Shown here in pieces: positions 12,903 to 26,027 of a stretch of DNA of 64,000 nt. A model generated the notes under the pieces. It saw only the letters and a program-made list of their open reading frames with translations. It ran no database searches and had not been told where the DNA came from. Location: the NCBI GenBank assembly GCA_951406725.2, contig OX597825.1:55552001-55616000 (forward strand). The letters run 5' to 3'. Every line of letters begins with the position of its first letter. Positions within the stretch are counted from its first letter, which is position 1. The translations under genes were made by a program, and so were the position numbers. Source of the DNA: Octopus vulgaris (taxonomy: Eukaryota).

Positions 12903-13163
12903 AAACGATTTCTGTTCAATCTGCGTTCAGCTCCATTTCTTCAATTCACCAATAATGTTTTAATTTCAATTATCCGCACCAGCGCACGGTTGCAACACCA
13001 TATGGTTGTACCTCCAACCGTGCTGTTTACTGCTGTGATTTTTGCTACTAAGGTATCGGTTAAACTTTTGATTAATCTACTACAAGATTATTCATCTTTC
13101 TATTTCACATAATATATATATATATATATATATAAATGAGAAAAATGCAACAAGAATGGATTA

Positions 13164-13257
13164 GTTTTCAGTACAATTGTTTCATACAAAGACAAGCTTT
13201 ATTAAAAGCTGCAAATATTGCAGCAAATACAAGTGTCCTGTACTCATCAGCCAAAAC
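13164..13257 (-). ncRNA. Type I hammerhead ribozyme of a second family, in a ~13136-13470 cassette between TA tracts
   Basis: Minus strand gttttgg-CTGATGA-gtacaggaca...tgtctttgtat-GAAA-caattg-TA-ctgaaaac; stem II carries internal hairpins gctgcaa/ttgcagc and agcttt/aaagct. Confidence 0.75.
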
Positions 13258-13634
13258 ACATATGAGTTCTCCAAGCATCCTAGTGGGTGAGGCTACACTC
13301 ATGAAGTATCGGATGTTAGGAAGTTCATGTCAGAACAGACAATGCTTTTTTCTCGTTTATAATCACCCCACATTATTGTATGGTTAATACCATATAGTTT
13401 TCTGGTGCATCTAATTTAAGTACCGCATTCAAGGGAATTCAATAGAACTCACTTGAATCTTAATTGCTTTTACTATATATATATATATATACATACATAT
13501 ATATATATAGATAGATATGTAGATAGATATATGCATATATCTCTTATCTTTTATGGGTTTCAGCCGGATGCTGAGGCCATGCTGGTGCACCATGTAAGTA
13601 TATGTATGCAATTGTATGTGTATGATGATGATGA

Positions 13635-13673
<39 letters not shown>

Positions 13674-14019
13674 GATGCATATATCACCATCATCATCATT
13701 CAACGTCCATTTTCCATACTGGTATGGGTTAGATGGTCTGACCAGAGCTGGTAAGGCTGGGGGGGGGGGGGCCACACCAGGTTTCATTGTCTGTTCTGAC
13801 ATGCACTTCCTAACATCAACCACTTTACAGAGTCCACTAGGTGATTTTTATGTGACACCAGCACCAGTATTAATTCTGTTGTGGTGGACAGGCCATATAT
13901 GTGTGTGTGTCTGTGCGTGTATATATGTATATATATGTATGTATATTTACACACACATTAACACAAATATATGTACACACTAAATACACATACTTAAACA
14001 ATAAAAAATATATATATGG

Positions 14020-14343
14020 ATGTGGCACGTAAAAAGCACCATCCGAATCGTGGCCGAAGCCAGTGCCGCCTCAACTGGCTTCCATGCAGGTGGCACGTAA
14101 AATGCACCAATCCGACCGTGGCCGATGCCAGCCTCGCTTGGCACCAGTGCAGGTGGCACATAAAAAGCACCCACTACACTCATGGAGTGGTTGGCGTTAG
14201 GAAGGGCATCCAGCTGTAGAAACATTGCCAGATAAGACCAGAGCCTGGTGCAGCCTTCTGGCTTCCCAGATCCCCGGTCGAACCGTCAAACCCATGCTAG
14301 CATGGAGAACGGACGTTAAACGATGATGATGATGATGATGATG
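14020..14343 (+). mobile_element. RTE LINE 3' end (family C) with three tandem ~65-bp internal repeats
   Basis: gtggcacgtaaaaagcacc unit three times, then ggcgttaggaagggcatcc and a (GAT)n tail. Confidence 0.85.
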
Positions 14344-14740
14344 TGTGTATATGCATGTATGTATACATTGTAGTTGTCATCATCGTCATCATCATTATTA
14401 ACATCATCATCATCGTCATCATCATCATCCCAACCATCGTTATTGTAATCTCTTTTCTACTAAGTTGTTACAGCCATGACTACAATTCAAGTCATACAGT
14501 ATCTTGTCACTCACCTCAATCTTTCGTCCTTTCATTTACGAGATCCAAACATCCTGAAACATAGCCACATCTTTCCCTTTTCATATCTCCTCTTTACTCT
14601 TTCTCTACTTCAAATCCAATACATTAATGAAATTAAATGTAGTGTCATTAATTTCTATAATGAGTCTTAATTAGTAAGGCTATACGATAAATATCTTTTA
14701 TAAGTGTCATTGCTAATTATTATCTTACAAAATTATAGTT

Positions 14741-15228
14741 TTGTCTAAGTGGACAAAAATGATCTTGAAATTTAAAGATGACAAACAGAATTTTATAGAT
14801 AATCCATCGTTTAAGTTAATACATATATCCAAAAGTAATTTAAATGTAGTGTGTAAAAGTATCTCAGATGTTACTATTCTTAGAATTATACAAACAACCA
14901 ATTTACCATTATTGAATAGCAGTATTTCACATATTAATTGGTTCATTGGTATCAGCTATAAGCATCTTTATAAATTTATCTAGTTTGATATCATTGAATT
15001 TCATCCTTGAATAACTAAATCTGTGCTCAAAAAGTATTAGTTTCCATCAAAAATAATATTCCAGTCAGTGATTCCGATAACAAAATATTCATGCATGCAA
15101 GAAGACCATTGCTTTCTCTCTATAACTATCTATTGGTAAAGAAGAATTACACTAATTATTTTATAATAATGATGGGTTCCTTAGAATCTGAGGAAATTTG
15201 TGAGATCATTGGTCTTTCAATTTTCCTA
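14741..15228 (+). pseudogene. Decayed Penelope-like element reverse transcriptase (probably Naiad/Chlamys type)
   Basis: Across stops and frameshifts: LKFKDDKQNFIDNPSFKLIHISKSNL, INWFIGI, KFI*FDIIEFHP*IT, IFMHARRPLL, MMGSLESEEICEIIGL. These match recalled PLE RT motifs LKDHKxNFxNNPxxRLINPxKS, FIxFDIxEFYPSI, IIxHARKSLL, MGSxDGAExCELVGL in the expected order. Confidence 0.8.
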
Positions 15229-15303
15229 TGATGCCCGAGTTTAATAATTTACAGTGTAGCTTATATCAAGATAGTGAGTTTGTTTATTACATAACATATA
15301 TAT

Positions 15304-15611
15304 AAAGAGGGTAAAGACCTCCTTCTGTCATGAATGACCATGAGATTGCACTTAGAAAGCTACTCTCCCAACTACAAGTCTGGGCAAAGTTGTTTATGTA
15401 AGACCAGCCTCCCTTCTTCATTTCACCAATGTTACCCAAGGGAAAGATAAAGGCCAATACAGCTTGGCAGCAGTGACATCACAGCTGATTTCAACAGCTG
15501 AGTGAACTGGTTTAACGTGAAATAAAGTGTCTTGCTCAAGAACACAACACACAACCCAGTCTGGGAATCAAACTCACTGCCTCATGATTCTGAGCCCAAG
15601 ATTTTGAGCCC
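15304..15611 (-). mobile_element. tRNA-derived SINE family D
   Basis: Minus-strand head gtgagtttgattccc (B-box-like), then tgtgttcttgagcaagacacttta and ccagttcactcagctg; second copy at 49245-49551. Confidence 0.8.
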
Positions 15612-15714
15612 AATATATATGGATGCCTGATAATTAGATTTGGAAAATATTCCTTTGAGTTATTCTAAAGATCTAGTGCCACAACAGACACAACATCATT
15701 AATAGACACGTGCT

Positions 15715-15810
15715 AACAAAGCCACTGAGTCTGACTATGTTGCTTCAATTGCACTAAAACTATGTGACTCAGACCTGGCCCCTATCCTTGCCAGCCTTTT
15801 CAGTCCCTCA
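15715..15810 (+). pseudogene. CR1/L2/Jockey-group LINE ORF2 fragment (start of RT)
   Basis: NKATESDYVASIALKLCDSDLAPILASLFSPS resembles KAxGPDxIxxxxLKxCxxELAPxLxxLFxxS. Confidence 0.65.
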
Positions 15811-15839
15811 GTCTGTCTAATGATTGTATCTCCATCTCT

Positions 15840-15897
<58 letters not shown>

Positions 15898-16339
15898 CAG
15901 TTTATTACTCTGGTCAGAATCAGTCAGCTGTGTAGGTATGGTTGTGTGAGTGGGTGACTGTATTGAATATATATGTATGTGTATTTGTATATATGTGTAT
16001 ATGTCTATCTGTCTGTATGTATGTATGTTTGTGTGTTTGTACATTTGTGTGGATGGATGTCTGTGTGTATGTGTAGCTGTATTAGTTCCAGCTCTCTACA
16101 CCCTGGGTTCACTTGTCTATATGTATGTGTGTGCACAGGTATGTGTGTGCACAGCTATGTGTGTATGAGTGTGTGTGTGTATTTGTGTATATGTGTCTGA
16201 GTATGTGTCAGTATGTCTGTGAACATACATATGTATTTATGTGTATATGTGAGTCTGTGTGTGTGTGAGAATGTGTATTTGTGTATGTATCTGTATGTGT
16301 AGTGTATTCATATGCATTTGTGTGTATGAATCTGTGTGT

Positions 16340-16379
<40 letters not shown>

Positions 16380-17312
16380 ACGTGTATGTGTGTGTTAAAT
16401 ACTCATCAGAAATAGTCTCCGAACCAGTTTGATGTTAAGCTGTTTATATCTTTTGACAGCTTGTCATGTTGGTGTGGTGAGAGAGTGTAATTATTTGAGA
16501 AATACTAAAGTGAAAAAGGATTGGTCAACTTGAGACAGATGACACCTCACACTTGCAATCTCTTCTTCATAATCCCAGCAGCAGCAGCAGCAGCAGCAAT
16601 GACAGCAGCAACAACAGAAAAATAACATTTCAAAATTAAGAAAATTTGTATTTTAATCATTCAAGATTTGATCTACAGCAAAAGGTTAAAGGTAATGTTG
16701 CTAGAAATATGTTGTAGTTATACCCAAAGACCAAGTTTTCAGCAACAATGATCATAATAGTAATATTGGTTTTTTACATTCTTATGAACAAATTTTTAAT
16801 TATAGATCTCCCGACGAATTCACAGAATTGTTAAAGCATCAGATAGAATACTTCGTGGTATGTTCCGACTCACTACATTCTGAGATCAAATCTCACTGAG
16901 ATTAAATTTGCCCTCACTCATTGTGGGGCTAATAAAATGAGTACCTATCCAGAGTAGTAGACTGGTGAAATCCTTGAGGGATTTTGTTTCTAATCACTGC
17001 ATTCAGAGTCAAATTCTACCTAGGTACCTTAAAACTACCCTCACCAACATTCACACTTAATGTGGCCAGTAATAGAAGTCCCTGAAATAAAGGCCAATAT
17101 CAAATAAGATGATGCTGGATGGAGTCAAGACTTGTGCTTGTTTGGTGAATGAATAGTAGATTTAGACAACAAACTGGCAAAGTTGTTATAGCTGTAACTA
17201 TCAGAAGAGGTATCTAGGGGCACCAAAGAGTTTTAGAAATCATAATTTGTTAATTTAAAAAATCAACACAAATTCTTGAATGTCTTGAAAACAAAATGTG
17301 TGTCAACTTTTA

Positions 17313-17712
17313 CAGGAGTGGCTGTGTGGTAAGTAGCTTGCTTACGAACCACATGGTTATGGGTTCTGTCCCACTGCGTGGCACTTTGGGCAAGTGTCGT
17401 CTACTATAGCCTCAGGCCGACCAAAGCCTTGCGAGTGGATTTGGTAGATGGAAACTGAAAGAAGCCCATTGTATATATGTATATGTATATATATATATAT
17501 GTATGTGTGTCTGTATTTGTCCCCCCAACATCGCTTGACAACTGATGCTGGTGTATTTATGTCCCCGTAACTTAGTGGTTCGGAAAAAGAGACTGATAGA
17601 ATAAGTACTAGGCTTACAAAGAATAAATCCTGGGGTCAATTTGTTTGACTAAAGACGGTGTTCTAGCATGGCTGCAGTCAAATGGCTGAAACAAGTAAAA
17701 GAGTGAAGAGAG
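17313..17712 (+). mobile_element. CORE-like SINE family A, full length
   Basis: caggagtggctgtgtggtaag head to gaaacaagtaaaagag tail. Confidence 0.9.
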
Positions 17713-18109
17713 TAATAGTTTTCTATATTTTTCTCTAAATTTAAAGCCAAATTTTAAAAATAAATTCATGCTAGGTACACCAATAATTATTTTGTTTGAC
17801 TTTTAGTTTACCAGCAAATGGAAAACATTGACAAACACTGTGATAAAGCATAGTGTCTCAGAAAGTGTCTACCAGTATTAGTTCCTGTTTCCAGTGTTCT
17901 CTGTTTAAATTCCATCAAAGTAAATGTTGCCTTTTATCCTTTCAGAATCCATAAATATAGAACCAATCCATGCCAGAAGATCGGTGGAATTTTTTGAGGA
18001 TTGGATGGGGAGCCTTGTTTGTCTGTTTTAAGATCATTGTTTTCCACTTAGACATAACTTAAATTTTGCATGAAAATAATTAGCAATGACACATGAAAAA
18101 TATATTTAA

Positions 18110-18328
18110 TTCTTTAGCATTTACACCAACCATATACCGACAATATATTCCATCTGTTTTATGTTCAAATTGGCCAGATCCAGGCACTCACACCTATCCT
18201 ATAATGTTATTCTACATAAAATAATCACATCATTGAAATCTCAAAGATATGAGATAATGCATGATTAATTCAAAACAATGTGAATCAATAAGCATTACAT
18301 CTGATAGAATAATCTGAACACTAAAGGA
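18110..18328. mobile_element. piggyBac-type MITE (family P1), inverted relative to 4643-4863
   Basis: TTAA flanks; internal gagataatgcatgattaattcaaaacaat is the reverse complement of the 4643 copy. Confidence 0.8.
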
Positions 18329-18564
18329 TTAACATGTAGACTTACCAATTAATACTTATACAAATTAATGGTAGAACACTTAATTTTTGATTTTTAATCC
18401 CACACGTTTCATTGGATAAAATGCATCAGTTAGGATCTGGCAAAGAACAATAAGCTTGATAAACTTGAGAAGATCTTCAACAAGTGTCCAATGATGTTGG
18501 CTTACTACTCTTAATGTCAACACATTGCTGGCAGAAAAGTATGTATGAAGACTTTGAAGTTCTG

Positions 18565-18791
<227 letters not shown>

Positions 18792-18898
18792 ATTATTTAA
18801 CATGTACCAATTTTAACAAATCCTGAAAGCAAGAATGGCTAAGTAGGAATTCTACAGGGGGGATTGGACACAACAATAAAACTAAATGATAATATTAA

Positions 18899-19119
18899 CC
18901 CTTTCATTACCAACCCGGCTGAAATCGGCTCTGGCTCTGTAGTACAAATGTCTCATTTTCATAAGTTCTGAATAAAAATCTTCTACCAAACCTTAGTCAC
19001 AATTTATGTTCCTAACACTAGCTTAATGATGACTAAGTTACTTTACTAAATTCTTTGTTATATTCAAAGTAACTGAAAGAAACACGGAACATCTCAACAG
19101 AAATACAGTAACGAAAGGG
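18899..19119. mobile_element. piggyBac-type MITE (family P2)
   Basis: TTAA|CCCTTTCATTAC ... GTAACGAAAGGG|TTAA. Confidence 0.88.
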
Positions 19120-20118
19120 TTAAAACACCTACTATACAACTGGCACAATAAAACAATTGGCCTCATTATTTCTGAGTGCCCAGTCCTAGCTAAGTCCAAG
19201 TATACCCACTGAAAGGATGAAGCCTGTAACTATAAGCCATATGATCATGTCTTCAATCTGTTAGATAAAAATTGGAGCAAGACAACATAGTGAGGTAATG
19301 ATATATGACAAAAACGTTATATAGTGTTCACTGCATCTACCTGGTATATATTATGCAATTGTTAAATCAGTTAGTGTCATTTGCATAATATATTAATTTC
19401 TGTCAATTTATGTGTATTCTATTACACATCATAACAGCGTTGAATAAAATTTTTATTGCTTAGTATTAACATTACTCAATATTTGCTGTTTGTTGCATAA
19501 TTAATTAATTGACTACATTGCCAACAGTAACACTATTATGCAAATCAGACAAAGTGATTTATCAAAGTCATAAAAAGTAATGACTCTAAATGATAATTAG
19601 AAAATATAAAATCTCTGTCTGCTTGCAATAGAAATGAAACCACATGTGAGACATCTTTGGTGACAATTCCAATCAGAGATGAAACTGGTCTCACTAATAC
19701 ACCCCCACCCCCATGTGTCCACAGAGAGAGAGAGAGAGAGAGAGACAAAAAAGGTATTTGTTTACAATTATCAGCTTGTACTGGATTACACATCGCAGTG
19801 ATGGCTAAAATTAGTATTGTTTATACATTGGATATACCATACTTTATACTTTAGCACACGCATGCACACAAACACACACAAACACACACATGTACACACT
19901 CACACACATGTACACACACACACACACACATGCGTGTGTGCTTATAAGAAGTTCCTATTTATATTTTTCATATTACAAGAGCAAGCTCAACATACGTTTA
20001 AGAGTATAGATGTTTGTATGAATGTAGAAACCTATTGTCTCTCCCTCATACTCTCTCTCGTTTTCTCTGTCTCTCTCGCCATATATATATACATACATAA
20101 ATATATATATAGACATAA

Positions 20119-20149
<31 letters not shown>

Positions 20150-20578
20150 TGTTCATCTGTACAATATATATTATCATCATCATTTTACATCAATGCTTCC
20201 ATGCTGGCATGGGTTGGACCATACATATGTATATTTATGTTTGCAATACATATACATGCATACACACACACTTACACACACACACATATATATATGCACA
20301 TACACACACACACACATGCACACATACACATACAATAAAAAACATCAATGTTAATAAAAAAAAATGTAGAAAGTGTTGGAATGAGAATTAGCAAATGAAG
20401 ATGAATGAGTGCCAAGAAGAATGGTAAAGCCAGGGGTGGCAGCACACACCACCACCTTCACCACCATCACTGCCACCATCATCACTACCACCTCTACCAC
20501 CAACACCACCACCATGAGCACTAGTAGAACTCCTACCAACAATATCACCGCAACCATCACCACCGCCACCACTAGAAC

Positions 20579-20613
<35 letters not shown>

Positions 20614-21741
20614 ACAGGAGCTGTATGTAGCACACTCACCTCCACCACCATCTTCTCCATCTACCTCCACCATTACCAGTGCCTTATTCACCACCGTCAC
20701 CACCACCATGGCAATTACTACGGAGTTTCACTGTTGCTTAACTCACAAGACATCTGGCATTGTGAGACATACACACACATACATACAGGTGCACATGCAC
20801 TCACACACATACACAGCAATTGATTCAAGCACATTCACATAGACACACATATATAAGCACATATACACATACACTCATACTGGCAAACATATATACATGC
20901 ATTCACAGTTACACACAATTATGGTCAGTTATAGGCTTGGAGATGCAGAAATACATCAGATAACATAATAACATACATACACACAAAGCTTTATCACATA
21001 CATATATATATGCACATGCAGACACACACATACATACAGACACATAGATATATAGGCAAATATGTCTTTCAACTTACATATATACACATATAAGCAAATA
21101 ATCACATATATACACATGCAAACACACATAGGTATATTACACATCCACTTACACCCCATGAATACACACATACAATCATACTAGCATCTACATACATATA
21201 CATACATCTACATATACATATACATTCATTTATGTACATATTTACATTCACATTACACACATATATACATACACACCAGATACAGTTTATAAAAAATCGT
21301 ATAAAGAAAAATAGTTGAAATAGCTTTTGGTTAGAAATATAGCCACATTATACTCAACATACTATGTATATTTATGTATACATGTGCATATATCTATCTA
21401 TTTGTATGCGTTTATGTGCGTGTTTGAGTGTTTGCGTGTATCTATGTTTGTTTGTCTACATGTATGTGCCTATGTCTGTATTTCTTTGTCTATGCGTATT
21501 TATAAAGGGATGCTACAGTCTAGCTGTCATCTCACCCGTTGTCCCAACCTCCTCACTGAATGTGTAAACCCTACTACAAACAGTTTCTTTTTCTTTTAGT
21601 AGAAAACTATGTTGATGTAGATTAAACAGATGTTACTGCTGCAGAATATCAACATAGGGAGCTTTTAATGAATTTCTTTTTCTTTTTCTTCTTCATAATT
21701 AATTCTTGTTCTTTTACTGATTTCTCCCTCCTGCATTAAGG

Positions 21742-21830
21742 TATAAAAAGCAAGCCCCAGACAAAGTGTCTCACAATGCTTAACTATTTAGTTTGCTGTT
21801 ATATTGCTATCTGTATATGTTATGGTAAGT
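21742..21830 (+). other. Candidate TATA box plus first coding exon encoding signal-peptide-like MLNYLVCCYIAICICY
   Basis: TATAAAAA at 21742-21749, ATG at 21776, 16 mostly hydrophobic codons, consensus phase-1 donor ATG|GTAAGT at 21824/21825. Confidence 0.25.
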
Positions 21831-23221
21831 AACCTAGAAGTGTCCAGTACAAATTTATACAGGATGTGTATAAAAATTTCTAATTATCAAATGTTAGTTA
21901 TATATGTGAAGTAACCTGTAGTGGTGCACTCTTTACCTGTTTGGTAAAGACAAGAAATAAAATATGAGTTGAAGGTAGATTCTAGGGATGAATACATAAG
22001 AAAAAAGTTGTGAGGCTGAAATGAATTTCAAGGAATTATATACAATGACATGTTATTTGAAATAGAAAAGTTGCATATGTGTAGGCATGCACATGCTTGT
22101 GTGTGTGTGTGTGTGTGAGTGTTAGCACACAACTAGCAACCCAGTTTGTCCGTATACTACAGGATTTCTAGTATAGATACCAAACAATTTGAAAATAATT
22201 ATAAGATTTTAAAATTTTATGAAGCTAAGGAGTAGTTCTTTAAAGGTGTCTATGACGAATGAGATTTCATAATTTTCTGTAGTGCAGAGGTTGCACTGTT
22301 ATTTGTTTTCTATATATAATATATCCCACTAGAAGTTTTTCTGTTTAAAATCATACTGTTTGAGGATACTTTTCAATTCTAAAATGTAGCTGGAGAATGA
22401 AGTTAAATTACTTTTGATGGAATTACGAAATGAGTGAATATGTTGATTAAAGCAAAACTTAAAAGATTTAGCTGTAAGACCAATATATAGTCTAGCCAAA
22501 TAAAAAGTTTGTGCAGTATATTGGTTAACTATGTTCTTGACAAAACATTTAGGAATGAAAGGGGAATTACTTTGGTTTTTGTAATTAATTATTAGGATTA
22601 GGGTAAATACTACTTTGTTTTAATTTAGCTGGGATAGTTCTGGGTGAAGTTAGGTGTGGCAGAATAAGGGAAATTAATGGCAGTTATATTACAAATTCTA
22701 TAATATATACATTGGAGAGGGACTGTCTTTTTACATGAAATACAGAAACCTTTAGTTACAAGGTTGGCTACTGCTAATTTTAACAGGAAAATGAACCAAT
22801 AATTAGACCTTTTTCTATATCTATAGCTAGCTAATCTAGTTACAAGTTTAATGCAAGATATTTTCTCTGGAGAACTGCATATATGTATATACATGCTGAT
22901 ATAATTTTATCTTTATAATTAGAAAATATAAAACATTTGTTCATTAGCAGAAATACCAAAGGAGTTAAATGATGATTTCTTTCTAAAATATTATTGATAT
23001 TATTAGTATAGATTTTGAAAGTTTATGTATTAATTCAAATTTATATTTCCATTGCATTATGGACTGTATAAATAAAAGCTAGCAAGATTAAGGGCCACCT
23101 CTAAGAAGCTAACAGTGTTAAGGTTTGTTTGAATGGTAGTTTATTAAACATACCCAAATATATACATATATATTTATATTTATACACATGCATATATGTA
23201 CAAATATACATACATATATAC

Positions 23222-23468
23222 ATATCATCATCATCGTTTAATGTCCGCTTTCCATGCTAGTGTGGGCTGGACGATTTGACTGAGGTCTGGCAAACCAGAT
23301 GGTGGAACCAGACTCCAATCTGATCTGGCAGAGTTTCTACTGCTGGATGCCCTTCCTAACAACAACCACTCTGAGAGTGTAGTGGGTGCTTTTACGTGCC
23401 ACCGGCATGAGGGCCAGTCAGGTAGTTCTGGCAATGGCGACACTCAAATGGTGCTTTATATGTGCCAC
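23222..23468 (-). mobile_element. RTE LINE 3' end (family C)
   Basis: catcatcatcgtttaatgtccgctttccatgc...ggatgcccttcctaac...ggtgcttttacgtgcc. Confidence 0.85.
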
Positions 23469-23764
23469 ATATATATACATATATATATGTATATATGTAT
23501 ATATGTATATATATGTATGTGTATATATATATATATAATATAATATATATACATATTATACACAGACGTGTGTGTGTGTGAGGAAATGTACATATATATA
23601 TATATATAAACACACACACACACACATATGTCTATATATGCGTGTAAACAGATACAAACACATAAAGTAAGAAAAAAATGAAAGAGAGAGCAAGCCATGA
23701 ATAATGGATGCTGAAAATTTAATATTTAATGTGACAACTGACATCAGGAAATCTTTCTGTGAAC

Positions 23765-23817
<53 letters not shown>

Positions 23818-23914
23818 ATGGTGATGGGGTACTAAAACTGAGTGGAATGTATTAAAGGATTGCTTATATCCATTTTAACACACACACAAAGTTAGGAATC
23901 TATGCATGTAATTT

Positions 23915-23953
<39 letters not shown>

Positions 23954-24300
23954 ATGTGTGTATGTGTTTGCATGTGCATACATGCATGCTTACAAAATGC
24001 ATATGTATGTGTGCATGTAATTATGTTTGTATCATCCTGTATATGTGTATGTGTGCCATAGATGGAATGAAACAGGAATAATTTTTAGCAAGATACATGG
24101 ATACAAACATAGAGAGAAAAGAGTTAAACAGTGACAGCAATAAATATATATAAATAGATTAATAGATGAACTGACAGACATTCAGGCAGACAGACAAGGA
24201 GATTGACAGATAGTGAGATGTATAGATATACAGATGACTGGAATGTAAGCAGATAGGCATAGACAATTAGGTAGAAATAGATGGACAAATACATAGATGG

Positions 24301-24365
<65 letters not shown>

Positions 24366-24979
24366 TATATGTGTGTATACACACACAGACATTCATACAT
24401 TCATTCATAGAAACATGTTATATACATACATATGTGCATACAAACAAACAAACATACATACATACCTCAATAGATAAATGGATAAACATCTTGAATTGTG
24501 TTTTCAAGTTAATATGGAGATTGAGATGGTGTTTCAAAGAAGATGTGAATATCAAATAGGCTAACAAATACACGTTCTTCATTGATATGGAACCTACATG
24601 ATACACACAGACACACACACACACACATACACACATACACACACATATATATTTTGTATATAAACATATATATATGGGTATGTTTTGTATATATACATAT
24701 ATATATATGTATGTGTGTGTTTGGGTATGTGGTTCATATGTCTATATATGTATACGAGTATATATTTTGTATACACATATATGTATATATATGCATGTGT
24801 GTGTTTTATATATATACATTGTATGTTTATCAGTCATATGGTGGAATATCTCGTGTATACCAAAAACATACTCAATTGAGGGCTGATAACCATGGCAGAC
24901 TGGGGGGGTGGAATGTTATATGTGATGGATTTAATCTGAAAATGGTTGTTATATACATCCAGAATGTTGCACACACACA

Positions 24980-25032
<53 letters not shown>

Positions 25033-25152
25033 ATACACACACACACATAGAGTCATTTACCCATGTGCAAATGTATACATAACACACAACCCATCAAATA
25101 CAGAATGCAAGAAATGAAAGCTGAGGTATTATTTAGACAGGGTAAGAACTTA

Positions 25153-25570
25153 TTAACCCATTCCTAACCGCATTTCCAACAAAATACACCATCTTTTGTG
25201 CTGCCATTGATTTCAAAGATAATCAAGAATTTAGTGGAATTGAGCAACACATCTAACTTTGCTATTATTAAGCTAGAATTTGGACCATAACTGAACAAAA
25301 GACACATCTATATTGGTATATTAAGATAGTATTTGGAACATAACTTCACAAAAGATGATGTATATTAGTACATTAAGATTGGGTTTGTAACTGATGTTAA
25401 CAAAAGACAGATATATATATATTGGTATATTAAGATTGGTTTAGAATATAACTTCACAAAAGCTTCTCGAATGAAAGTAAGCTGGGAAATTTTAATTTTA
25501 ATATAAACTATTTAAAATGACTGATTCTGTATGAAAGATTGAAGGACAGTCGCACAGAGCTTGGTATCAA
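25153..25570. mobile_element. Degenerate piggyBac-type MITE (P2-related) with internal tandem ~52-bp duplications
   Basis: ttaacccatt start; aaaaga...tatattggtatattaagat...aacataacttcac repeated about three times at 25285-25460. Confidence 0.45.
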
Positions 25571-25880
25571 AAACATATACACACACACACTCAAATAGAC
25601 AAACACACACACATGTATATAATACCATTATGAAGTTATTAAATAACATGTTTACACATGTATACCCCCCACCACCACAGACACATACGTATGTACATGT
25701 GCATGTATATTTAGGTGCATTTTTGTAAGAATCTAAGCATTTCTTGGAGTATTGTGCATATGAATATCAGTATGTTACAAACATATATTTATATGTTTGC
25801 ACACATGTATGCATGTATGTGTGTGTGTTTGTGGATATACACATATATACAAACATACATACATACATACATATATATAT

Positions 25881-25924
<44 letters not shown>

Positions 25925-25985
25925 TTACAGATACATATATGTATATATATAGATATAAAAATTATATATATAAATATATCTATGA

Positions 25986-26027
<42 letters not shown>

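Larger units (their letters stand above)
11980..12962. repeat. ~1-kb fold-back inverted repeat (arms ~440 bp, ~98% identical) of a Penelope-like pseudo-LTR
   Basis: aaaacattattggtgaattg... at 11981 is the reverse complement of ...caattcaccaataatgtttt at 12961; only a few substitutions and small indels; centre has a ~40-bp spacer plus three 30-bp minisatellite units; the right copy continues to (TA)n at ~13112. Confidence 0.95.

Noticed and set aside
15008-15010. In-frame TGA in the PLE RT as a selenocysteine codon (reported for some Naiad PLEs)
   Set aside because: It falls at the Ser of the FYPSI motif (TCA to TGA), and the copy also has TAG stops and frameshifts, so ordinary decay explains it.
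22131-22320. actagcaaccc... as a Helitron-like terminus
   Set aside because: No clear 3' hairpin or CTRR end and no second copy in the window.
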